A stretch of DNA of 64,000 bases, from NCBI GenBank assembly GCA_013239625.1, contig MU057344.1, positions 436,276 through 500,275 of the forward strand. Direction: 5' to 3'. The notes under the pieces were generated by a model. That model saw nothing but the letters and a program-made list of their open reading frames with translations. It was not told the DNA's origin and made no database searches. Within the stretch, counting starts at the first letter, position 1; each line of letters starts with the position of its first letter. Shown here one piece after another: positions 47,101 to 58,888 of the stretch. The position numbers were made by a program, and so were the translations under genes. The DNA comes from Lama guanicoe. Taxonomy: Eukaryota.

Positions 47101-50100
47101 TGGAACCTTTCTGGCCGGGGCTTGATTCTCTTGTTTCTGTCCAGCATGTGCAGAATGCCGTTCTGTGTGTAGCTGGTGCTTGCGTTAAGGAACTTGGGGG
47201 AAGACCTTTGTCACAAAGCGCAGCCGCTCCCGCGCCCCTGCCAGCTCACCTCCTGGTGTCTGTGCAGCCCCCCACCCCGGCAGGGGCGTCAAGGCTCAGA
47301 GGTGCCAGGGCAGTTTGGGGGAGGCAGTCCCTGGGCCACAGGAGACAAGTTGGGCAGGCTGTCTGGACGCTCCCGGAAAGCAGGCCTTCCGCCGCAGCCT
47401 CCTCTCACGTCCGCATCTCTTCAACCCCATGACAGCCCCTCTGCAAACCCTCATCCTGAACCCCAGCCCCTGGCCGGGACAAAGCTCACCCGGAAGCCAA
47501 CCCTAAGTCTGGCCCCGTCACTGTAGTAAGGAAACCCCAACAGCCACCCGAGGAAGGACAGACGCTCCAGTGGCAAGAGGAGCGTCTGGGAAGGAGAAGC
47601 CTTACACTAACGGGAAGCAGACAGAAGCGAGGGCCAGGCCCCGGGCCTGGCAGGGCCACACCCCTAGGAGCCTGAGGGGACACACAGGCCCCACAGGCAA
47701 GGTCTGTGCCCAGAAGGCGGCCCCCAAGCCTCCCCTGGGACGCTCCAGACAGGGCCATGCCCCAACCCAACCCCAGTGGCTGCGCCCTCGGCCCCAAGAG
47801 AGGCCAGCCAGGCCTGTGGTCTCCCAGGGCCGCTCCGGACAGTCTGGGACACGCATCCCGCCGACTCCACTCAGAGACACAGACCGGCTGGTTTGGGGAC
47901 TCTATGACCCGTTGACTGTCTTCCTCAGAGTTCAACTTATGACAATTTATGTAAATAAGCTCATTTACTCAAATTACATTCCTACATTCCTGGATGGTGA
48001 AAACAGCTTTTAAAATACACTGACTTGAGAGTTTTCACTTGGAAAGACACTCAACACTTTTTGGTTGTCGTTTTGTTGTCAAGCATAATGACTGCCACCC
48101 TCTGGACGCGTTGGCATCCACATCCAGCAGAAAGATGCAGGCGAGGCAGGGCCCCCATGGTGCCGGGCTGGCAGTGGAGGCTCCCTGCACCCCCCCGGGA
48201 TCCTCTGAGACCCGCCACCCGGCTTCAGATGACACTGAGCCTCTTGGCGACGGCACCAGGGGAGAGAAGGCGACCTTACCAGGGTCCCCAACAGTTCTGC
48301 AAAGTTCTTTCCTCCTTTACTTGACCCTCCGTTACTTCCGTAGATGACGTAACAAATGAAATTGAAGTGCACGTAATTAAGGAGGAAAGGCCTGGGTTAG
48401 AGATCAAACTGTAACCTCAACAGTGTAACAAGGAAGGAGTAACAGTGGCCTTTGGACTATTTTCTGGCCAATACTGGGCATGCGAGGCCCAGGCCAGGAA
48501 GGACCAAAGACAGTGAGTGCTCGGGACCCTCAGGGGATGACCAAGAACCCACTCGATTTGCAGAGACCCACATCAACTCCCACTTCAACCCCATGGGGAT
48601 CAGACGGGGGGAGTCGTCAGCCACGAGACAAAGCCTGGCTCCGGGAGGAAGACCCAGCCCTGTGCTGGGGCACTGCTGTCGGGATGCTGCCACCCCAGAG
48701 GCCATGGTCAAGAGGACCAAGCTTCCACAGTGTCTCCTGGTCCAGCGAGGACACCGAGCAAGGACCTCGGGTGCCGGGGCAGCAGAGCCGCAGCGCAGGG
48801 CATCGGCACTGAGCCCGCTGAGGCCCGGGCCAGCGGGAAGGACACGTTTAGAACCGCCTCCACCCACACAGGTCCTCCTGTGGTAACAGGCCAGCTGCCT
48901 CCTCGGGGGAGGGAGGCTGGCTGGAGCCCCACTCAGACCCTCACACACTTGGCAGAAATGAACCCCCTCGAAGGATGGGGAAAAATCGGCTCAAAAGCCC
49001 CACTTGGACAGACAGAGGCCCAAGGGTGCAGGTGGAGAACATGGCGTCTGGGCTCCTCCAGCCCCTGACCTGGCTCCCCACTCAGCAGCCAGGCGACCAG
49101 GGGGCCAGCCTCATTGTGAGGGGAAACTCCTAGGAAGTTCCAGCGGCCTGTCAAAGCCAGGGTACTCTCGGTGGGGGAGCCACAGCTGTGCTGTTTGGCT
49201 CTGGTGGCTGGAGCCAGACCCTCTCGAAGCCCGGGGCCGCCCACCTGCGTCTGCAGAGCAGCCCTGACCAGGGTGGCGGCCATGCACATCCAGCCCAGGC
49301 CTGGAGCTCCTCACGCTTGGCCCCTCGGCCTTCAGAAACGGTGTGTGGCCCCACTCCTCTCACCTGGAGCAAAAGGGTGCGGAGCGCAGATGGGCTGGCA
49401 CCTGGAGGGTGGGCCTGGGAAAGATGCAGGGTTTCCATCTCCTGCCACGGGAAGTATAAGAGGACCATTCTGGAGCACTCCGGGTCTTGGCTGCCAAACC
49501 ACCTACAGCCCGTCAGCGCAGAGCACGCACTCTCCACACAACAGCAGCCAGGCAGCCAAAGCCAGGCAGCAGGGGGGCGCTCAGGCTCGGTGGGTGTCTG
49601 TCCCAAGGGAGAGGGCACAGGGCAGCCCAGGGCACTCGTCTCCCACAGAGACACGCATGAGGTAAACATACCAGAGAGTCCAGGATGCACCCACGGGCAC
49701 CACGCCTGGCCCCGAGCCAGGACCTGGGGCCGGAGGGCCCCTCTCCCGGGCCGGGCCGGGCCGGGCTGGGCCAGGCCAGAGCACCTCTTCCTCTAAAGAT
49801 CTGCGTCTCCCGGGGTGGGACATGCCCATCTATTCCAATTCACCTCAGTCTTTCAGACACAGCTTTAACCCCAACCACGAACCCACCCCACACGTGTCCT
49901 CAGTGCATGAGACAGAGGTTCAGCTGAGCAGTTCTGCCTCTACAATGATTCCCAAAGGAACAGTCTGTCTCATGGACATTGACTTACGGGCCCCAGGAAA
50001 GGGCTTCTTGAGTCCTCTGCAGCCTGTGGTGACGTCCCTGGTGAGCAGGACACACCGTTCTTCTTCCCCTAGAGCAGGGCAGGCACCACCCCGAGCGGAG

Positions 50101-53100
50101 AGGTGAGGGGTCTCTTGTGGGAAGGGGGCCGTGCCCAAACCCACATCCAGAAATGTTCCCAGGAGGCAGTCAGAGCGCAGGCAGAGGAGGGAGCCAGACG
50201 AGGCAGGAGGTGCCCGAGCTGGGGGAAGGGCTCTGACACTCCTGGCTTTAACAGTGGCGCCCAAGCCCCACGTCCTTGCTGAGCCTCAAGGGGGATCCGA
50301 CCCTAACGAGGGCCTCCTCCAGGCCCAGCCCCGTGCCCCCAACAACCCCAAGGGACAGAAGCTGCCTAGGGTCAGAGGTGAGCCGGCGCAAGCCGGCACA
50401 AGCCCGGTTTCCCCACAGACATCGCCCAGCGGGCATGACGGAGACAAAGCTGGAGGAGACGGCTCAGAACACTGAGAGCAGAAGCAGGATCTCCAAGGGG
50501 AGACAGAACTCCGAGGGGAGGCGGGGGCAGTGGAGGTCCCTGACCCCGTCAGGCGGTTCCTGGGCAGAAGGTGGACTCCGGGGCCGCTGTCCCCCATGCT
50601 CGTGTTCTCTCCTGGCAGCCACGAGACGTCGGAACCTCCTGACCCTGAGCCCACAGAGCCTGGCTCTGCCCCACACGCAGGGGCCTCCGGGGCTGTCAGG
50701 GAAACATGCTCTGTGCTCGGTCAGGTCCTGGTTTGATCGAAGGCACAGGAGCTTCACTAACAGAGGACACCTACGTCCAGAGCCCAAGGACGTCCTGGTC
50801 TGTATCATCGCCTCTGCCCCCAAACACCACCACGCCAAATTCAGGTCCTCCTACTCTGGGGCTTAGCCTGGGATGTGACCCCAAACCCACACGCTGGGGC
50901 TCCCTGGGTGGGGCGCGCCCCTGGAACATCCTGGTCCCTGTGAGTCCCCCATCTGATTCTACTTCCAGCTTTGAGCTTGATCAAACTGAAACATAAGATG
51001 CAAATGCACTTAAGTAGGGGCCCAAGTGCCCCCAGGGGAAGGTCCTCGAAGGCATGGGGGCTCAGAGTGGTACAAGAACCCTCCTGTGGGCAGAGTGGCT
51101 CGAGAGGCAGCGGGCACAGGCCACCAGCTGGCAGGGCTCAGGCACATGCTCCCCTGGAGCCCAAGGCGACGGCCCCACACCATGTCTGGGCCCTAGACCC
51201 CCGCCCACCGCCAGTGTGCCCGTGCTGGAGGAGGGGAGGCCCCCAGGAGCCCCCCCCGTGCACTACACTAGGAGCTCCTCGGGCTCTCAGCACACAGGTC
51301 GCTCCGTAGGGAAACAGGACTCCCACCCTGTCTCGGGAGCAGCTGTGGCACTCCGTCCAAATTTTAGCACTTGCTGCCCTCACCTCACGTGGGCACGAGG
51401 CCTGAACAGGGCACATCACACCTGTGGCCAGGACGGCCTCACAGGCTTCCCTGTGTTATCTACGCTGCACTGTCACCACACCCCCAGGGTTTACCTTCAG
51501 TGCATCAACCTCATGAGAAACACCAGCCCGAGATCCACATGCAAAGGCCACCAGGGAGGCGGGATGGCTCAGCCCTGTCCACAATGGACCTTCTGGACAA
51601 CTCGTTTCTCCTTAAACGGCCTGGCCCTCAAACAGAAGACTCAGGAGCACACTGGCTGCTGCAGACCCCGTGACAGCGGGGCACACACAAGACACCCCGA
51701 GAACAGCACGGGGAGCGCCAGACGCAGAAGCTGCACCGCTGTCAGGACCATGCGTTTTACGTGGAGGAAGAGTAAGAACGTGAGGAACAGACCTCTCGGG
51801 TGTGGGGGGGTCCAAACAGCGCAGAGCCCGTGGGGACCAGAGGCCTGCCTCGCGGAGTGGCTGCAGGGCCAGCGCTGGGGCCCGGGCAGAGGAGGGGGCG
51901 AGGGCAGCAGAGGGAGACGTCAGGGCCAAGCAAAGTGGGGGCGTGACAACAGCCCCCCAAACTGCAAAGTGGCAGCAAAGCTGCTTCTGTGCGGCCAATG
52001 TCAGCGAAGTGAACAGGGAGCGGACACACTCGTAGCCACGTCCCAGGCGTGACCAGTGGCACTGACACTACTGACTGATCGGCCCCCAGGGCACACCCGG
52101 GGCAGGAGCAGCACCCACCTGCCCGTACACAGGGGGGCGTCGCCTGCCAAGGGCTCTGCACCCCAGGCCCCCCTGCACGAGGCTCCGTGGGGACGGGGTG
52201 GTGAGAACTATGCCTCCTCCTCCTCCAAAGGGAACACTCCCCAAGGGGGAGGGTATAGCTCAGTGGTAGAGCGCATGCTTAGCATGCACAGGGTCCTGGG
52301 TTCAATCCCCACTACCTCCTCTAAAAATAAGTAAACAAATAAACCTAATTACCTCCCCCTGACCAAAAATAAATACATAAAAATAAAAGGGAGAAAGGGA
52401 ACACTCCCCAAAAGTGGTTCTTTTTTTTAAAAAGAAACAGCAAGAACCAACAGAAAGCAGGCTGAGATCCTTCCCCTGCCACCTCCTCAGAAGGCTGAGG
52501 TGGGGGGCACTGAGGTCAAAGCTCAGGGCCCAGCTCATTCCAGGCCGCTTGACGTCAGCCTGAAGGAGCAGACGAGGATCTGCGGTAACACTGCCTAGCC
52601 GGAGTCAGCTTCGGCACACTTCACTAATAAAAACGGTGACTAGCTGTCCAAACAGGGAAAAACACGACAGTTACTTACGTTTGAGAGAAAGCTCAAGACA
52701 AAAAAGTTTTAGTAAGTTGGCTGGATAAATAAAGTAAAAAAGTATCTTCAGTCTGAGTGTCTGCTCCAAACAGACACACACCTGACTCTCCACGTGCTCA
52801 ACAGCATAAAAACCTTAAAACTCAAAATAGAACAAAGTAAGCTGAACCCTAGGCTGGAGCATTTTAGGGAAAATTAACCTCTTAAAACTTGGAGAAAAAG
52901 TCCTCAAATCATGAATTAGTCTGCAAATACCAAATCACTTCTACTTAAATGGTTCAAAAACAACTAAATCCCACACATCACCCGGGGGTGGAGGTGGGTG
53001 GTGACGCCCTGGCCTCGTTCTCTGGCCGCCCACTGCCCCACCTCCCCACAGCGCCTGAGACCCACCCGAAACACTCAGTTCAATGAAAAATAAGACCACC

Positions 53101-56100
53101 CTCTTTCTCCCTGAAGTTTCAGCTATTGAGCAATTAGAGAAAAATGTTTGTTTTGCCATGAGATTTAAGGCAATCTCGGGGAAAAAAAAAGTTGACCAAA
53201 AGCAGTCAAGGGACGAAACCCAGGGTGGCCGCTGACCCCGATGTCCCTGGCTGACCCCACGCTCCCTCTGAGCAGTCGGTCTGGGCCTCTTCATGGTGAC
53301 GCAGTCTGCAGCAGAAACCAAACCATCTGGCTAAGAGGGAGCATGGGGGGCTCGTCCAGGTCAGCGGTCACTGCAACCCACCCACCTGTGCCCAGCAAGG
53401 CTCCTGTGGGGACCTGAGAACAGCCAGGGTCCAGAGGCCTCTGAGAAACATGCTAGCAGAGGAAAGGCGTGCGTGAGCCTCGCTGGCAGGAGAGGGGCCG
53501 GGAGGACGGGCACTGCTGGCCGTCCCGGAGTGACAGGAGCACCGAGGGCTGCCCACCACACCGGGCAGAGCTAGTCCTCACAGACTGTCCGTGTGTCCTG
53601 AGGGCAATGGCGACGCCCTGCGTAGGGTGGGATGGGGCGATGCCAGGGAAAGGCCAACAGCAGAATTTGAAAGCTTACAGGAGACACCCCAACCCGGGGC
53701 CAGACTCCTCACAGTGGAAACCACCCGGGAAGGGCCCTGCATGCACAGCCGTGAGGCGTGAGGCTCAGACCTGCTCCAGGGAAGAGCCACGTCCTGCCTG
53801 GAGGTGCCCAGTGCTTTCCATTTTCAAGTGTGTGTCCCCCAAAGGCACCCCGCTTAAGTCCCTCATTTCAGAGGACAGCAGAGTGAGGGTGAAGGTTCAC
53901 GTGTGGACGGGAGCCCCTCGTGGGCCAGAGCCCCAGGGTGTAGACTCACTCCTCCAGTCCCTGCTCAGAGGAGCTGCTGGGGCCAGGGGGGAGGTGGCTG
54001 GACCAGTGTCCTTGTGCAGGACTCCCTCAGAACGCACTCGGTCCCCACCAAGGCCGGTGGGGAAGCTGTACCCACTGCGCCCACTGGGTGCTGGGGCCCC
54101 TGACCCGCCTCTGCCCATGGCAGGGCCTGCCCACCCCACTCCCAACACATGAATACCCACCCAGGCCCCACCTCAGAGCTGCCACAGCTCCCCAGATGCC
54201 CACCACCCCGTCCTCCAATGCTGGCCACGGCCTTCTGCCCCCCTTGAGGGAACCCTGACTACCCCCGTCACAGATGCAGGAGACACCCCAGCCGAGGCCA
54301 CCCAGTCTGTGTCTTCGTGCAAAGTGCCAGAGCAACACGGGGGCAGCTTCCCCACAACCGCTCTGGGAGCTGCCAGTGAGCCTGGAGGCTGGCACGGCAC
54401 GGGGTGCCCAGCTGTGGCCCCAGTGGCTGAGTCAGGCCCCCTTCCTAAAGGGAAGAACCTGGAGACAGTGCTTTGGGGGCAGGCAGAGGGCTCAGGGCCG
54501 CCCCGCCACTGCTGTCTGTCATCCCAAGAACACACAGCTCACTAGCCCCCAGAGGGGTGCCCCTGGCACACCTGGGGGCACATGCAAGGCAGACAGCAGA
54601 CAGCTTTAAGCTCGGGGGGCTCTGCAGGGTGGTGGGGAGGGCTAGGAGCCCTGAACACACCACTCCGGAAGCTGTCACACTAGGATCTGTTCATTCTAAG
54701 AAACGGACTCATTCTGATGATAATCAAAGCAGCAGTTACTGCAAAGCGCACAGGCTGTACGAATGAGAACTTGGGAACCCCTGGGAGAGCCCCTCGCCAC
54801 CTCGGAGAGCCCAGCCTCACTCCTGCACGCCACGCCTGCGTCTGCCAGGGCCTCACCACCGGTCTTCAGACTAAGTGAAACCACCCGCCTGGTCCACTGT
54901 GTGTCACCCACTTTCAACACACCTGGCGTCTGCACCTCACCTGTCGCGGCTGCAGGGACTAGGCCTGGCCCCGCCCCCAGCCTGGGCAAGCCCTTCAGGC
55001 AGGGGTTGCAGTCGGTGTGGCCCGTGTCCAGACTGGGGAGGGACCCCTGCAGCTGCCTCGGGCAACGGGCTGCCCAGTGCAGGGCAGCATCTCTCGTGTG
55101 CACGCTGCTCTGGCCTCATCTGAAATATCTCAAGGCTGCAATTTTTATTGTGGGCATGAGTGCTTTGCTAAACCCCAAAACCTCAAGTATCAGCAAAATG
55201 AATCAGAGCTTCCTTGGGAATTGGTGTCCAGCTCAGGAACACGCATCTGTTAAAGAGTTTTCAAAAACGGTTTGAAGCCACAGCTGCAACCAGGGTGAAT
55301 GGGACGGGGTCAGACAGGCACGCTCGGTGTCTGGATGGGCACGGGGCGAGGGAGGGCAACTAGGTCACACTGAAGGGACCCTCTCAGGGGCGGGGGGTGG
55401 GGAGGCTGAGCCTGGGGGACCTGGGAAGGAAAGGCTGGGGCTCAGGGCCGGGAGACAGACAGCCACCCCCCCGACCCGAGCACAGCCTGTGAAGGGGGGC
55501 TGCGCTTGAGACAAGCCTGACGAGGCCCCAAGAACAAGGTTCTGGGGAAGCCCAGGGGCCTCAGAGAAACGGGGCTGCCGCATCCACTGACCTTGCACCC
55601 AGGATGGAGGTCAGGGGCCTGTGGGCTTACACTCTCAGAAATCACTTTTATTTTTACCTTTCACCCCAAGGTAGCAAAAAGTACACAGTGAAGGACTGGC
55701 TATACACGTCAATTAATCTAAAGCCTGAAACAACGAAACTGAGAAGATGGAAATGAATAAACAAATAGTTAAAAAACACAGCCCCGAAGGTAATTAATGA
55801 CACAAGACCCAGAAGAGAAACAATGCTCGACACAGGCCCAGGGCCCAGCCTCCAACCATGTGGACAGTCAGCGCCTGGGACGGTGTCAGTCACACCTGCA
55901 CTGCAAGGCGCTGTTCGGGCAGGAGTAAGACCACGTTAATTGTATTTATAGCCACACATTCACTTGCTCTTTAAGACAAGTAGTTTACGATTCACATCAA
56001 TTCTCTATTGGAAGGATTCACGTGGACACTGAACACTTGCAAAAGAGGACTCCCTGGAGTCCCGTGAAGACACTGCCAGCCCCTCCTTTCCTGGGCCCCC

Positions 56101-58888
56101 CACCCTGACCCTCCACTCGTGTCCACTGGGCCCAGGGACACTGTCCATGAGGCCACAGGCTGGCCACTCTTACATTTAGAAGAAAACGACTTATCTTTCC
56201 CCAAAGGTGCTCCAAGTAGGCTGCGGGTTCAGCCACAGATTCCTCTCAATCGAAGATGGAAGCTCAGGTGTAGAAACTGGCTCTGGCAGAAAATGAAAAA
56301 AATCTGGAAGCTTCCACCACCATGACCTAGGAACTACGCTGAAGCCCCACACGAAACACCAAGTTTGTGCTGCTCTGTGTTCAAGGGCTCTGAGGCAAAG
56401 GGAAGACAAAAACTAAGGTCAAGGGGGTAAAATTTACACCTAAAAACGGACAGCTCGGTATCTGCTACAACCGGAGGAACCAGCCACCACAGAAAGGCCC
56501 CTGCAGTACAATGCACGGACATGAATCGTCCAGGAGAGGCAGGGCCACAGGGACAGCGGGCCAGGGAGGCCGGGGGTTTCGCAGGATGGGAACGGCCTAC
56601 GGCCTGCTGTGTGAGGGGCGTGTGGTCCCGGGGCCCGCAGACCCGCATGCTTGATGCGGGTGGACCACCTCAGAGTTGGACTGCTCCCTCGTCAGGGGAG
56701 GAGACACTCCCTATCCGTCTGCGGAGGGGCGGGGGAACAGACTCCCCAAGCAGCCTGCCCGCCTCACTCACCAGGGCTGGGACCGCAGGGGCAGCTGCTC
56801 CCCGCCACACCCATCACCCTGCTGCTGCTTATGGGTAGAACCAAAAGCACCTATTTGTGGCCAGACGGCTAAGGAATAAAGAGCTTCTGTACCAACAGGC
56901 TGCACGTCACTCACTGAGGGCTCAGTGACCACGGGGCCATGCGTCCTCGGGAACACAGGGGTGTGTGCACAGGGACCTCAGGCCACCAACAGCAGGTGGG
57001 TGGCGGGGCCCCCAGCGCCTGACCCTCACCACCAACTCCTGGCTCTGCCCAACAAGGAGCATTCCCCGACTTGTCACTCTCTCCCCTGAAAATCAAACAC
57101 TTTTGAACGTAGTGGTTTACCCCTGAATCACACCTGAGAGAACTCTTCTAGTTCTGCACTGCAGGTTATGAAAACCATCCCTCTGCAGAAGCCCAGGTAC
57201 CCCCCTCAACAGACATGGGGTTTTAGCTGTTGTGCACCTGTCACCAGCAGATGGGGAGACGGGCCAGGCCCCACCCCACTGCTCATCAGCAGCCCCCACC
57301 CCCTAAGCATCTTAGTGTGGCCTATTCCGAAAAAGCGGGAGATCACAGCCCGAACATGAAAGGGCCGGCCTCATGACACGCAGGGGAATGAGGGCACGTG
57401 TGTTAGCGTCTGCTTTCACTCCTTACACTGAGCATAAGTTTTCTTCGAAAGGAACAGTGCTAACTGAAGAACCATCTTCAGAACTAGATGGAGGCTGCAG
57501 TGCGGCTCTCAGCTCGCTCAGGGAAGGGACCGTGGGGACCGCCTCCCGCGGGGCCCGGCCACTCTCATTACACGCCCAGGGGAGGGGCCTCTCTGTGGAC
57601 CTGAACCTGAGTCAGAGCCCGGACCCAGGCCTCAGCAGAGCACAGCACTGTGATGCGGAGGCCAGGACATAGCTGGTGGCTGAATACTCGCAGATTCTCC
57701 TAACGCAGGTCCTGGGGCCTGGGAGATGGGGGAGTGCAGGGGGTGCCCTGCAAGATCTCTGGCAACTTTGCTCTGGCCCGCACACGCCCTGGACTCCTGG
57801 GATCGGTGAGCCTCAGGCGCCCGCACCTACATGAGCCAGACCCTCCCTTGTGCCCCCAGCAGGGATGGCTGCGTTCCTCCCAGAAGCCCCCACTGACGGT
57901 TTACTTGCAGCTGAGGAGGAGAGGGGTCAGCAATGGGGGGGGCAGGGGCCCTCCTAGCTGACTAATTAATCTACAGATGTACAGAGAACATTCGTAGTTT
58001 ATTAAAAATTTCGAGTGCCAACATGAACACAAGGCTTTCCAGTTGGTGTCTATACCCCTCTCACTCAGAAAGTCTGGTCTGCATCCTACAAACTAGTGTC
58101 ACTCACCGTGACAGTGGAGGCTAAGGCGCCGAGAGCAGCCGCGGTGCGCGGTGATCACGAACGTCTGGTCAAAGCTCGGGCAGGGAAGGCCTTACCCATC
58201 ACAGCCCGGTGTCACCGTCACATCAATTATTTACAAATAACCTCTTCGTTCACGTGAGTCTGGGAAGCAGCCCCAGTCTGTCTGGTCTCTTCCTGAAACA
58301 AAGTCAAGTCCTCTCAAAGTACCTGCTTCCCCCATGCTTCTTTTGTGGGTACTTCGGCCAGCTCATCACCCAACCCTCCAGAAACATCACCAGAGTGCTG
58401 CGCCACCCCACGTGTGTACCAGAGCACACCTACCTGCAGAGGAAGGAGGGGCGCCTCGCGGTGGGAGAAGCCAGGTGCCGTGGCTCCCACATGCCTTACC
58501 TAAGCTGCTCTGTCGTGTCAGAACCCTTCCCCGACTGTGTGGGTGTGGACGTCATTCACGCCTGCGCCCTGCACGCCCGAGGCCCCGAGTGGCTCCAACC
58601 CTCAGACCATCCCGTGAGCACCAGAACAGAAACCCAGTGACCCAGCACCCTGCGCACAGACGCCCCTGAGGAGGAGGTCAGAGAGGTGCCTGTGGTGACA
58701 CCTGGCAGAGACAAGCAGGCGGGGGTAAAGCCACCCCGGGATACAGTTCTTTGTCTTTCCTAAGGAGGTCGTTGTACATCTGGTCGTAAGTGGTTTTGAA
58801 ATCATAAACGTTCGGCTTGTCAGGTGCTGGTCCTGGAAGCTTCACGTGAGTTCCCGTTCCGAAGGACCGGACGCTGAATCCTCGTTTG
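44079..58888 (-). CDS. SSU72: RNA polymerase II CTD phosphatase SSU72, exons 2-5 (58888-58745, 47172-47033, 45587-45469, 44180-44079); exon 1 lies beyond the window
   Basis: KRGFSVRSFGTGTHVKLPGPAPDKPNVYDFKTTYDQMYNDLLRKDKEL|YTQNGILHMLDRNKRIKPRPERFQNCKDLFDLILTCEERVYDQVVED|LNSREQETCQPVHVINVDIQDNHEEATLGAFLICELCQC|IQHTEDMENEIEELLQEFEEKSGRTFLHTVCFY*; phases consistent. Confidence 0.98.
46048..47008. repeat. Minisatellite/VNTR built from GGACACAGGACAGGAGGGAC-like subunits, with a 78-bp higher-order unit in the core
   Basis: 26-aa periodicity in the ORF track (GTDTAGWGWTQWDRGTQDRRDGHRTG repeated); strongly T-poor + strand. Confidence 0.93.
47173..58744 (-). other. U12-type (minor spliceosome) GT-AG intron of SSU72
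   Basis: 5' splice site GTATCCCG; branch site TTCCTTAAC at 47192-47184, 12-13 nt from the CAG; no polypyrimidine tract. Confidence 0.88.
52245..52393 (+). mobile_element. tRNA-derived SINE (Vic-1-like), young
   Basis: GGGGGAGGGTATAGCTCAGTGGTAGAGCGCATGCTTAGCATGCACAGGGTCCTGGGTTCAATCCCC with intact A/B boxes and A-rich tail; perfect 18-bp TSD AAAGGGAACACTCCCCAA at 52227-52244 and 52394-52411. Confidence 0.93.

Noticed and set aside
45415-47432. 300-530 aa repetitive ORFs on both strands
   Set aside because: Products of a stop-poor minisatellite in SSU72 intron 3.
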